A stretch of 58,422 nt of DNA, the filler included, from Porpidia crustulata (Eukaryota): NCBI GenBank assembly GCA_964255105.1. It is 5 parts of 5 records of this genome, joined end to end, with 100 filler letters (N's around TTAATTAATTAA, not from the genome) between each part and the next. Parts side by side here need not be neighbours in the genome. Positions count along the whole stretch, not along the records: positions 23,425 to 35,030 come from CAXUWE010000631.1; positions 35,131 to 46,730 come from CAXUWE010000632.1; 3 more parts are not named here. One strand, 5' to 3'. This document shows positions 23,710-36,381 of the stretch, one piece after another. Position 1 is the first letter of the stretch. Each line of letters starts with the position of its first letter. Below the pieces are notes generated by a model. It saw only the letters and a program-made list of their open reading frames with translations, was not told the origin of the DNA and searched no databases. Made by a program: the position numbers and the translations under genes.

Positions 23710-26291
23710 TTACACCTTCCCCCTAACGATGAATGGGTGCTTCAACGCTTCTGCCGGTGTGCACCTCTTGTCCGGATTCAAACTCAGACACCTCTCCAGC
23801 AGATCCACAAACAGGTTGAGTTCCTTAATATCCACATCATCCATCCCTTTCATGTTGGCCATCAGCCTTGTCTTAATATCTCGCGTAGGCTTTGTAAGAT
23901 TCAAGATGCGAACGACATCCTTTCCGTTCAACCTATCCTTCTCCACACTTCGGAAGTTGAGCAGGTCATCAAAGTGCAACCCGGCGAATTGCGCCTTCCG
24001 AAGGATCTTGTGGCTGAATTTACCGCGACATTCCATGATGGCACGAAGCATCTGATTGTTGCTGCGGCCGGTAAAAAGGATCTTGCCGGAGTAAAGCTCG
24101 AAGAGGGTACAGCCAACGGACCAGATATCGATGGCAAAGTCGTACGGCATCCCGAGTATGATCTCTGGAGCTCGGTAGAAGCGACTGACTAAGTAGGGTG
24201 TAATCTCGTTCTCAGAAGCATCCGATGCGGAGCCAAGATCGCATATCTTGAGGACGTTGCGCGACTCATTGACGAGTACGTTGTCCGGCTTCAGATCTGC
24301 GTGGAGAACATTGCATCTTCGAAGTAAGCTTAAGCCCATGAACATTTGCTGTGCGTAGATTCTGACGGCCTTGAGATTGATGCCAATGTCCCTTCCAAAT
24401 TTCTTCAAAACTTCGCGAAGATTAATGTTTAGATTCTCAAAGACCATGCAAAGATGTCCCTTATGCTCGAAAAATCTCTCGAGTCTAATCATGTGTTTTC
24501 TATCTTCAGGATCAGCTTGCAATAGCTTCTGAAGTATCTCGATTTCTTTAAGCCCGGCTTTCTTCCTGAGAACTATTAATATGAGACAATAGACGGAAGA
24601 CTTAAATCATTACTCACATTGACTCATTATTGCGGATGATCTTGATAGCTACTAATCTCTTCAATTTTTGGTCCAATGCCCGCACTACGCCGGAGAACAT
24701 TCCCTTGCCCAGATTGGATTGAACGTGATAACGGCTGTCGAGCAACTCGCCCAGGATGACTTTATAGTAGCCTTCAGGGTCATCCCAGTCATCAAGCATA
24801 CTTAAGTCAAGTGCCTTAGTCTGAGATACTGCTACTGCAACTGCCTTCGCGGATTCTTTATCGGGCCCCCGTTCAACGAAGGTTGGAGCTTCGGCGAACA
24901 TGTCAACGTCATCGCCGTCTGCAAACATATCAAATTCATCGCTGAGCTTTCGCGCAGTTGACTCATGATTGATATGATCGGGCAAGAGAATGTCTTGTCT
25001 AGCACTCGTAGTCTCATCGTAGGCACCTGAGGGAGTTTCCTCCGCTTGATGACGCTGATCGTTGCGCCGTCGATCTTCCTGCATGTCCATTGTAGGATCA
25101 TAATCAGCCGCGGAAGGTTCATCTTCTTGCACTGCTTCCGCAATTACAGTACCTCCATTAGCAAGATCAGAATCTCGAGTGACGATGAAGGCCATTGGCG
25201 AGTCTTCGCCAATGGCATCAGTAGGCGTGGTGTGAGACGATTTTTGTGGTGAAGCTGTCCATTAGTTAGCATCACCAGACAGGATGGATGAGGGCAAGAT
25301 TACCGAGAAATTCAAGATGAGATTCGAGATTGCTTTGCTCAGGCGTTGCTGGAGCAGAAGCGTGCTCCAGAGCTAAAACCTCCAATTGTAGGGGTATTGC
25401 TTGACCTTTGTACTTAGCTTTTATGGCTTCACGCTTCTTGCGACGCTCTTCGATCAGGTTTGCCTCGTCAACAGAATGTGTATCAAAAGCTTGTGGCTGT
25501 ACTTGCTCATTATCAATAGGCTCTGTCGGAGCTCTATGTAAATGTAGTTTAGTGAGAGATTTCGAAAATGCTTAGACTACATACCTATTTGAGATCTGAA
25601 AAGAAGTTGATTTAGATGTATTGAGATGCTGTGTCTGGTTGTGTCGGGTTTCAGCCTCATGTGTTACAGATGCAGTAGCAACTGGGGATTGTCCCCGATC
25701 GCTCACTGACTGTTGTGATGAAAGCTTGCCACTGCTTTCCCTATACCCGTGACGACTTCGCCCACTCCGACTGTGGCCATCTGCTAGGCTGATTCTATCG
25801 TCCCAGGGCTTCCGTAGTTGTTCTGCTCTAGTGGCCCTCAGTTGGAAGGGAGACCTACTCCGGGCTCTTGATCTCTTGTCTCTCAGTCTTCCACCACCAC
25901 TTTGATCATCGTAGCGAAACTTCGTATCCGGGCGTTCAGCCCGATCTATGTCATCGAAATATTTCCGTGAATTTCGCTGGCCCCCAACTGTAGGATTTTC
26001 GTATCGGACTTTGAAGCGTCGAGGATCATCTCGTGTCTGGTCAGTGTGATGGTCGTCCTCCCATAATCGCTTTGCTCCTCGAGGCTCTCGATAAGGTGAA
26101 CGAGATCGGGTTCGAGACTTGTAACGTATGGGAGACCGAATTGGTGTAGGAGACCGTGACACTGAAATGCGTTTTCTGGATTGACGGTCAACGTGGGTGC
26201 CATTAACTTTCATCAGCGACGTAGTTGCCTTGTCTGAGTCTGATTCGACTATCTCGCCCTCAGAAGGAGTCGACTGCGGTGAAAGAGCCAT
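23710..26291 (-). CDS. PRP4: Splicing kinase Prp4 (PRP4K)
   Basis: RS-rich N-terminus, DDWDDPEGYY, LGKGMFSGVV, HADLKPDN, and ITPYLVSRFYRAPE. Three introns. Confidence 0.93.
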
Positions 26292-26694
26292 CCGAAGCTA
26301 CGAATAGTATTGAAGTCCTAGGTTTCGAAGGTTTCGGTCAATTGTTAGCCACTGTCGCAAACACTTCTGAGGCTTTGGTAAGAAACCGGTGATGATTGTC
26401 CTCCTGGCGCTTTCACCACATCCAGCTTAGATTTATACTCTCCACGTTGCATTCGAACAAAGTAGACTAGCCTTGCTTTTGCAATTGACCAGATCTTATT
26501 ACAGGATAGCCAGATTTGGCTTAAGTTTTACACTTCAATCCTGATGGGCGTGGAACAAGAGGCCGCCCGTCCTCGGTAAATTTGGTCTAACTTGATTCGA
26601 GAGCCAACCTTACTACGTAGAAACCTCAAAAATTACTCCATCAACCGAAGTCACACATTCCAACCCCTCCCTCCAATCCAATACTTCTAACAAG

Positions 26695-27015
<321 letters not shown>

Positions 27016-27351
27016 GATTAGTCTCGCAGGATACTGGACGCATTGTTATCAACCGGCGTTTGGTGGAGTCAGAGCGTTATCAAGTTGAAAGAAGTTGCAT
27101 CTCAAATGGCAGCTAATCTAACTACCAAATAGTCGGTTTGCTTCTCCGAGTGAATGGATGTCTCCACATGTATGGCTATGATTTCCACTATCAATCTAAC
27201 AAGCGCAGGAATATGTCTTGGATGGTGGTGATTCTGCACAAGAAACCGTATCGGTCTATTGTCCGCAGACTCTAGTCATCTGACAGGCAATATCTACATG
27301 GAGCCCATCGTACAGGTATAAACTTACATTTGCGCTACTGCCTTGTCGATT

Positions 27352-29386
27352 TTAAGAAGCAATACGACGAACCCAAAGTACCGATTCGAAAGAATTGTCG
27401 TCACTTCGCTTCCAAGCTCTGTGCAGCTTAAGACCGGTCTCGTGCTCTTCCTTCATAACCTCTGCTAATTCTTTGCTCAAACCGTCGACCGTTTTCCTGA
27501 TCTCTTGCCTAGATGCTATATCGTACGCGATGGAAGACGGTTGCACTACATTGGTGAGCTCATGAATAACTGTCTGAAGGTTACTTCGTCGGCGGCGCAA
27601 ATTATCTAGTTGTGCTTGAAGGCGCGCAACCCTGGAGACTGCATCTACCTCTGGAGGAGATTTAGGCAATGCTTTTGTGTGTCTTTCATTACCCAATTCA
27701 GATTTCGAGGAGACTTCCATCTCAGATGGCGTAGGCTTGCGTGCAATAGCTTTCGAACCAGTCGTCCCAGAAGTTGGGACCGGCCGCTTTCGATTCAGTA
27801 TTGATGGAGAATCGGCAGACATGGGAGGTGTTGGCACGGGTTCGGATTTTACTTCAGGGGTCATTGGGGGGCTGTCATAAGCCGTTGTAGCGTAGGTCGT
27901 CGCACTAAATCGACTTCGAGGTTGGTCTTCCAAATGTAGATTTTGCATGGTCGTCCTAAATGTGTTTTCGTCGGTGACTGGGACTTGTCTGATGCTATCA
28001 CTGGAAGGTGTAGATTCAGGTGTGGCCTGCTGACATTCGTCCTTTATCACCACAGTGCTAGGGTTGCGTTCTAAAGGAGACCTAGTGTCTTCCGGGGACA
28101 ACCCCGTAGGAGTTGGATATAGATTTTGGATAGGTCTTTGGCTTGGCTGTCGCGGCGCTTTTGGGTTTGGCTCCGGAGCCAACGCTTGAGGTGCCTGTTG
28201 AGGTGCCTCGGTAGTCATTAGTATTGGCCGATTGGTCTTGCCAGCATCAATTGGACCGCTCTTCGGTGGACGTCTCTTGATGGCATCGTGAACATCTAAT
28301 GATTTCCTGTGAACGGCCTGACGAGACGATGGCACAGACTGGCTTGTCTTGCGTTGATGTAAGCGGCCTGCTGTTGGGGATGTAGTTTCTACACCATTTA
28401 CTACTTCCAGTGGACTTCCAAGCCGTTTGTGCATACCAGCCGGGAACGTGGGAGATTGCCCTGGTGGTAGAGGTTTATCCACTAGGGGATTCACAATCTT
28501 ATGACGCCCGCTCGCGCCTTTCCATTCTTCTCGAGGTGGCCAAGGTGCTTCACTAGTACCCTTGCTCCCAACTCGTTTCCTTGGAACGGTCCCGCCACTT
28601 ATAGTAGTGGATACACCAAGACCCTCGGTTCTTGCCGTTGAATTCGAATCGGAGTCGAAATTCACAGCCCCGGGAATAGCTTGCGCGGGCTTGCCCTTCT
28701 CGCTGGTTGTAGGTTCACCGGAAAAGTCATCCCATCTCGTCAGATTGGTCGAAGGCGACTCTCCACCTGGCGAGCTCGTTCCTGGGTTTTTTGTTTTCCA
28801 ACCAGAAAATAGCTCTCTCGCACCACCATACTTTTGCGGTTTCTTGAGAACAGGTATGTGGCTGCTGGGTTTGCCATTCGCTGGATGACCATCGTCTATT
28901 GCGTGTGGGAACTCGCCTACTGGTGAAACATTGATACTGCTCCGTCGACTCCTGAGTTGTCCACCTTCGTGCACTGTAGGCGAATCGGGCGGCGATACGT
29001 CATCCGGGTAGACCGAGGAAGTCCTTGGGATGTCTAGTTTCGGCATGCTCCCTTTCAATGGTGGTGAGGGTTTGGAATACACGGAGGATACAGTCGGAGC
29101 GTCCGAGATAGGCCTGCGATATGAGCCTGCTTGCATCTGAAGTGCATTACTGCTCTACAGTCAGCGCATACCCCCACGAGACAGCAGATTTGACATACAA
29201 AGGCAGTTTAGGTAGTCCTTTTAGCACGTCGTCTGTACTCTTTCTTCCGAATGCGGGCCTCGAGCTAATACTGAAGTCTCCCTTGCTCAAGTCCGTTGCA
29301 TTGTCCAGAACGGCATTGTCCACATCTGTTTCGATAAGTGCAGGACTCCCGATCCGGTCAGGTTGGCGATTGAGACGTTTCCACAT
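27352..29386 (-). CDS. Uncharacterised Pro/Ser-rich protein with C-terminal coiled coil
   Basis: ORFs 29147-29386 and 27352-29136 join in frame through intron 29150-29198. Conserved-looking motifs TRWDDFSGEPT and EEHETGLKLHRAWKR...LWVRRI. Confidence 0.75.
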
Positions 29387-29942
29387 TACTCATCGATCGA
29401 CTCAATGTTATTTGGTGCCTACCAGAGATTTATTTGCTCTCGACGTTGGAAACAGTTATGTCGGGTCGAACTCTCCTTATAGATGATGGAGTGAAAGATA
29501 TGAAGGGCCGAGTTTAAGTATTGCTGCTCTAATTTCCAGATTGAGAGTAAGTAGGCAAAGAAGATTCAATGAGAGATATCTGGAGGGTTTGAAGATGTGC
29601 ATAGATGAAAGATTGGTGAGTGAAGATGTACCTCTTGCGAAGACATCTAGAAGTATGTATAATAACTATCAATAACATTGCTGCCCACTAATTTAGGGGC
29701 GAAACGGCGAAGTTGTAGGGTGGCTAGGGCGGCGGCTGATCCCGTAGAGTAGTTGAGGTTTCATACCTGCGCGATTCGTGTCACAGTTATCTCCAGGAAC
29801 CATGTCATCCCGTCCTGCCATTAGCACACTTTATCATTATATCAGTTCCTACTAACCGTACAGACAGAATACAAATCTTCGTCACCACAGGCAATTCATA
29901 TAACGAGAAGGTCCCAACAGCTCTATACAATCTTCAACCATC

Positions 29943-30562
29943 ATGTCTGAAGGTGAATGTGATCCGAGCGCTTCCGGCGACATGTAGGTTGACATCTAAA
30001 TAGCAGACAACGCCAGCACGGTAGTACCTGCTCAAGCGTAGGTTTTGCCCCCAAATCCATAAGTGATATCTAATAAGATGTTCTCAGAGCTCCGATTGCA
30101 ACACCGATCAACTTCGTCCTTATTTCACTACTCATCCTTCTTGCTTACTATCGTTTGCGTCCGCAAGCTGCGCAAACTCTCCCTAAGCCCCCCTCGCCCA
30201 TTGTCTTCCGAATATTTACACCTCCCGATTTGAAGCCATACAATGGAGAGAATGGCATGCCAGTATACCTTGCAATGAGAGGCAAGGTTTTCGACGTCAC
30301 TTCTGGCAGAAATTTCTACGGTCCAGGTGGACCTTACGAGAACTTTGCTGGGAGAGATGCAAGTAGAGGCCTGGCATGTGGTAGCTTTGATGAGGATATG
30401 TTAACAAAAGACCTTGAGGGACCTCTGGATGATCTAAAAGGTCTTGGGGATGATGAAACACATGCGCTGCAAGATTGGGAAGATCGATTCTCGGAGAAAT
30501 ATCTTGTGGTAGGGAAGTTAGTGCCTGTTGGAAGCGCAGAGACTTCAAAAGCTAGTCCATGA
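29943..30562 (+). CDS. DAP1: Cytochrome b5-like heme/steroid-binding membrane protein (Dap1/PGRMC family)
   Basis: VYLAMRGKVFDVTSGRNFYGPGGPYENFAGRDASRGLA. Two short 5' exons splice in frame to a hydrophobic anchor (NFVLISLLILLAYY). Confidence 0.9.
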
Positions 30563-31452
30563 GGTGTACCCCTACCTACTGTACGGAACATGATGCCACG
30601 ATCATAAAGAATACCTGGTGTTGGTTGTCTTGTGCGACTTAAGGTTCCGCAGACATTGAGGAAATGGAATTTCGATTCAAAAGCTCGCATCCCATGCTAC
30701 AGGTACCGTGGGTCCCACAACGACCCAGTATATCATTACGATCAGCTTCTCACAGTTAGCACCAATTCATACCATCAGACATCTTGTTTCGTCCGCATTG
30801 ATACTGAGAGATCGAACTTCACGCTCTGTCTCCGCGCACTATAACCAGCGCAGCCGTCAAAACTTGGCGTTGGAGCACAGGGGGTGCCATGAGAATGCAA
30901 ACTACTCATCTCAGCTCTTGTCTGCTTTTCTGGATTCCTAAATGTTGTTTTCAAATTCAGTACGCCGTGACTTCTGAACGACCACAAACGTACACATCCA
31001 CGCGCATAGCTTTTGATTTCAGTATTCATTATACGCGATAAGATTAAGTGTCTGCAAAGATCTTGTGTTAAGTATCTTCTGCCGACCTATCTGACCCCTT
31101 ACCAAAGTCCTCCTCTATATCAGATTCCCTGCTCTGACCTCTGAGCTACCCTCTCTTTAATTCGGCCAACCCTAGCCCGCCTTTGACTGTGTGCTCTTAT
31201 CGAACGATTTTCACATAAGGCCTGATGGTAGTGTAGGTCTAGATTACTTGTAAAAAAAATATGTAAGGGACACTGACATATCCCCAGTTATGTTGAAATG
31301 ATCAAATCACTAGACAAACAATTCAAAGAGGATTGACCAAACTACGAACTCCGCAACTCATCACGCTCATCGAGCCCTGTTGTAGAACAAACCGCTCCTC
31401 TCGGTAAAAACTCCCGATTTTACGCCACACCGGGGCCTAAAGCCCGAGGTAT

Positions 31453-31753
31453 GACGCGGGAGACAAAAAAATCTTGACCGAAAATGTCAATCCTTCGCCC
31501 ACATCACTAGATTTACTACCGCATTTTTAAAGAAATCTACTGATTTGATAGTCAGTCATATCATTCTCATCATTAATGATTGCGCTCATGAAATTTAATA
31601 ACACTCTGAATTCTAGCTTGAGTAAATGAACCATGATCTCGATCAGAGCTCGATATTATGTTATTGAGTTTTTATCTCCAAAAATCAATAGTAAATTTGG
31701 TGGTGTGGGCAGAGGATTGACATTTTCGGTCCGGATTTTTTGTCTCCCGCGTG
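31453..31753. mobile_element. MITE-like element B, about 301 bp, imperfect terminal inverted repeats of about 65 bp
   Basis: Left end GACGCGGGAGACAAAAAAATCTTGACCGAAAATGTCAATCC... matches the reverse complement of the right end ...GGATTGACATTTTCGGTCCGGATTTTTTGTCTCCCGCGTG. Flanks are GGTAT and GGTGT; the interior is AT-rich. Confidence 0.8.
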
Positions 31754-32009
31754 GGTGTCTACTCACGCAATCACGGTACTCCCGTAAGATAATTCAGCCG
31801 CATCCCTGTAATGCCTAAGTAGCAACTAGGTGTGCTCACCATCACATATTAAACTCTGAAACTCGATCCACCTTTTTGTTGACTATCTGCAAGACGAGTG
31901 AACCAAGTGATGTCCGCAGAGATTCTTGAAGGAAATAAGATCTGTAGCTACTAGCATGCATCTCTCAAGAATCCCAGAAGCGATACTAGATCCGAGGTAG
32001 GGTCCTACA

Positions 32010-34713
32010 ATGGTCTTCATGTCGAACGAGAAGCCCAACAAATACGAAGAACAATCTTCTCTTCCTATACCCACATACGAGGAAGCAACGATATCCCGGC
32101 CATCCTCCTCTCAATCCTTTCTTGGAACCTCAGAAATCAGCCATGAGGCGGAAAGGCAAGGCCTCCTTAGCCGAACGCAATCGCAGCACAATGGTTATGA
32201 AGGGCCAAGAGTTGAATCAGCAAGGTCGAGTCTTGACATGTTACGGTCACCCAGTGATGGATCTCTTGGAGACGGTATACAAGGCCTACGGAGTGAGATG
32301 ACGCAGATGGTCATGCTTGAGCCTGGAGAGGGAGAATCAAGTGGACGTTCATTACGAGCTACTCGACTTTCCAAACGAATTACTAGCTTGACACATAGCC
32401 TTTCGTCTATCAATCTTCCTTTTCGCCAATTCTTACCGTCGTCCGAGTACATCAAGGCGCGAGTATCTTTGTGGCCCGAGATGAATTGGATCCTTGTAGG
32501 CCGCTTTTTCGCTTTATTCCTAGTACTAGGCTTGGTATATCTGCTATTCGTGTCTGATATATTCACCATGGGTCGAAGGCGGGGTATGCACATGTATGAT
32601 CCGGAGTCTATAAGAACATTCCTTCAAGAGAACGTAAACGAAACACAAATAAGTCAATACTCCGAGCATGCTACAAGATTCGACCACATGGCAGGGACGA
32701 AGGGTAATTTTCTTCTTGCACAATGGGTGGAGGATAAATTCCAAGATGCCACCCTGGAAACGGTTGGCTTAGAAAGATTTGACGTGTACCTGAATTACCC
32801 AAGAAAGGGCGGCCGACGTGTAGCCATTATTGAGCCATCTAATATGGTATGGGAAGCGCTAATTGAAGAAGAGCCTCTTTATACAGACCCACCACGAGAG
32901 CAGAACCTTGTGTTTCATGGCCATTCAAGATCAGGGAATGTTACAGGTCCCTTGATCTACGCGAATTACGGTTCAAGGCAGGATTTTAAAAACTTGAAAG
33001 AGGCTGGTGTTGATTTGAAAGGCTCAATTGTGCTTGTCAGGTACTATGGTAGTCAAGGAGACCGAGCGCTTAAGGTTAAAGCCGCCGAACTAGCTGGGGC
33101 CGTTGGTTGTATAATCTACAGCGACCCGGCTCAGGATGGCTTCCGCAAAGGAGATGTCTTTCCACACGGCCGTTACATGCCCAGCGATGGGGTGCAGAGA
33201 GGTAGTGTCGCAATGACTGCTTGGGTCGTTGGTGATGTACTGTCTAAAGGCTTTGCTTCTCTTCCAGGGGAGGGTGAAAGGGAGCCCAAAGATGGGAATG
33301 CCGGTCTCAATAACATTCCCTCTATTCCTCTTTCTTGGAGAGATGCACAAAAATTGCTTCAGGCTCTCAAAGGGTACGGCATAGAGCTTACTCGGTCATC
33401 AAATAATCCAATAAGCGAGGACTGGATCGGCGGCGTGCCAAATGTTACCTGGTGGACTGGGAATCACAACTCTCCCGTCGTCCACCTTAAGAATGAACAA
33501 GATGAAGAAGATAGGCAGCCTATCTACAACGTGCTGGGCAGAATATCAGGCCTTGAGCAGCCAGAAAAATCCATAATTGTTGGGAACCATCGTGATGCAT
33601 GGGCATTTGGGGCTGTGGATCCTGGTAGCGGAACAGCTGTGTTTCTCGAAGTTACTAGGATTTTTGGTGAGCTTAGAAAGCGCGGTTGGGCTCCTTTGCG
33701 AACAATCGAGTTCGCCTCCTGGGACGCTGAAGAGTACAATCTGATTGGGTCTACTGAGCATGTCGAGTCAAGGATAGATGATATCCGACGCAATGGCTTT
33801 GCATACCTGAATGTTGATGTCGCCGTTGCTGGGAGTGAATTCGAGCCTGCTGGTTGCCCGGTTCTGAAAAAAGCTCTATTACGTGTCCTTGATCGCATTC
33901 GGGATCCCATTACTAATAACACGCTACGGTCTATCTGGGATGAGAAAAATACTTCCCTTCGAGGTCTTGGCGCTGGTAGCGATTACGTGGCGTTCCAATA
34001 CATTGCTGGGACATCTTCTATCGACCTTAGTTTCGCAGGTCCCCCTTTTCCGTACCATAGCGTTTATGACAACTATGATTGGATGCGTTTGTTTGGAGAT
34101 CCGGGCTTCAAATATCATAAGGCGCTCGCCCAAATTTGGGCCCTGCTGATCCTTGAGATGGCTGACGCCCCGGTTTTACCTTTTGATTTCAAGGATTACG
34201 CGCAGGCGGTCAAACAGTATGTCGAAGAACTCGACGAATATGCTGATACAAAAGATCCATTAAAAAACGCCTTCAGTTTGGAACTATTGCATAGCGCAGC
34301 TGATGAGTTCATCGTCAGTGCAAATGAATTTCATGGCTTTGATCAGGATTGGTCGGACGGAGTATATGAGCGAGGAGGACTTGAGACGAACGTCATGGCT
34401 ATCAAACGAATGAGCCATAATACACGAATGGCGAATTTCGAGACCAATCTGCTTGACATTGACGGTGGTGTAAGTGAAGACGACGCTCAATACCTAATTA
34501 TACCTGTACATGACTGATATCTTGGCTTAGCTTCCGGGCCGAGAGCAGTACAAGCATGTCATTTTTGCACCTCAAGCATGGTCTGGTTATGACGAAGCCA
34601 AATTCCCTGGCGTTCGGGACGCCATTGACGATGGAAATTGGACCCTAGCGCAAGAGCAGGTGGTCAAAGTTGCAGGGTTCTTGTCACACGCAAGCCAAAG
34701 GCTGATTCATTGA
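32010..34713 (+). CDS. Glutamate carboxypeptidase II / transferrin-receptor-like membrane protein (Tre2/Vps70 type; PA, M28 and dimerisation domains)
   Basis: Single TM segment, YANYG PA domain, GNHRDAW, DPGSGTA, SWDAEEY and YHSVYD. One intron at about 34469-34530. Confidence 0.9.
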
Positions 34714-35030
34714 GATTCAGGCGAGTGTTAAATGATGTAAGATGCAAAACTGGGACTCTGTACAATTTGGTGGTATGTTTCTCATTGCCTCTGGTGCTCA
34801 AATGAATAGTCGTTCTACGTGCAAAATGGCGTATTTCATTCTCGATATCTTTAGCATGTGCTTAGCACAAAAATACCCGATGGGTCGCCGGTCTTCGCCG
34901 CCGGCATTGGCAGCAATCTTTCTCGAACTTTTTGACCACCTCAAAGTCTGAATGCTCTCGAAGCTTTTTTTTTTTATTTTTTTTTTATTACTTCATTTTT
35001 ACGTGCTTATGCAGCCTAGGGCTATGAAGC

Positions 35031-35130
35031 NNNNNNNNNNNNNNNNNNNNNNNNNNNNNNNNNNNNNNNNNNNNTTAATTAATTAANNNNNNNNNNNNNN
35101 NNNNNNNNNNNNNNNNNNNNNNNNNNNNNN
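35031..35130. other. Artificial contig linker
   Basis: N44-TTAATTAATTAA-N44. Confidence 0.97.
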
Positions 35131-35573
35131 GGTCCGCGCTAATACCTAGGGTTAGGGTTATAAAGATTTTAATTCGCCCACCATGCAAAAACGATCGGAT
35201 TTTCGAAATTTTTAGGCTCATTTATAGCTCTGATCTAGATATAAACAATAAGCTATTTAGATAAAGATTACATCGATGACGCATTGCGGTTACATCAGTC
35301 AAAATAATTTCAAAATTCTGATGTTCGTTATGTAATAAGGTTTCGAAAGCTAATTAATTAAGGTTTCGAACGTCTGCGCGTCTCATCGCATTTCAAACAT
35401 TCAATCGATGTAATTGCAATGCGTCATCGATGTAAATTTTATTTCAATAGTTCATTATTTAGATATAGATTAGAGCTATAAATGAGCCCCAAAATTTTGA
35501 AAATCCGATCGCTTTTGCATGGTGGACGAGTTAAAATCTTTATAACCCTAATCCTAGGGCTTAGCGCGGACCG
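35131..35573. mobile_element. Foldback/MITE-like element with 166-bp inverted arms (left end clipped by contig start)
   Basis: 35131-35296 aligns without gaps to the reverse complement of 35407-35572, with scattered mismatches. The right end is followed by TA. Confidence 0.8.
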
Positions 35574-36381
35574 TAGGGGGTGCCGACCGGGGCTGATAAC
35601 GAGTACAGCGAGTTGATAACGTCGGAGCTAAGTACCACGCATGCCACGTACCTAGTGATCGTCAGGAGTCGGTATCGATACTCTAAGTATCAGACCAAGG
35701 AATACCACTGGTCATTTAAATAAATAGAAACGGCAGACAACCATTCAGTACACTTCAACCATCTTCCACTCGAAGTACTTGCTTACCCACCGGTGACTAT
35801 CAGACCATCCAATCAGAAGGTCTTCAAGATAACCACTGGGGCGGACCTGTTGAGCAGTAAGCTGCCCTGTGTAAGGAATGAATTGTCCGTTCGCAAGAAA
35901 AGGAAAAGTAAACGCCTAGTTTTGTTAGATATAGAGTATATGGAATCTCTACGTCAAGGTGCCGTCAAGCATTTGTGTTAAGTTTTTATCCTTGTTCAGG
36001 TGGCTAAGGTACATATCATCTTTGTCTCAGGACATAATTCTTACTCCACGACATGGTTGAGCGGAAACAACAAAGTGTCTTTTGACGTTGGACCAACATC
36101 TAACCCGCGCTGAAACTTCTCCTCTTCACCAGTAATCTAAATGTGCACAAGTATTTGGTATTTTCTAATTCTCATGAGACTTATTTTTCCATCGCTTATC
36201 CTCTCAACGGAAACTTTAAATGTCTCAAGATTCAAAAGACCAATCGTGTGGATCCTCAATTGCCCATAACTGTCTCCAGGGATACACAGATCGTTACCTC
36301 GGCTTTTTGACTGTGAACCTGCATCAGACAAGATACTTTAGATTCTATTCATGACTTGCGTATGGCTTGTGAGAGATAATT

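Noticed and set aside
35147..35160. TTAGGG repeats at a contig start taken as a true telomere
   Set aside because: Only about two units, in the wrong orientation for a left chromosome end, and mirrored in the opposite arm of an inverted repeat.
35578..35584. GGGTGCC just right of the foldback element, the same as the flank of MITE A
   Set aside because: It is offset from the element end and the termini are unrelated, so it is probably coincidence.
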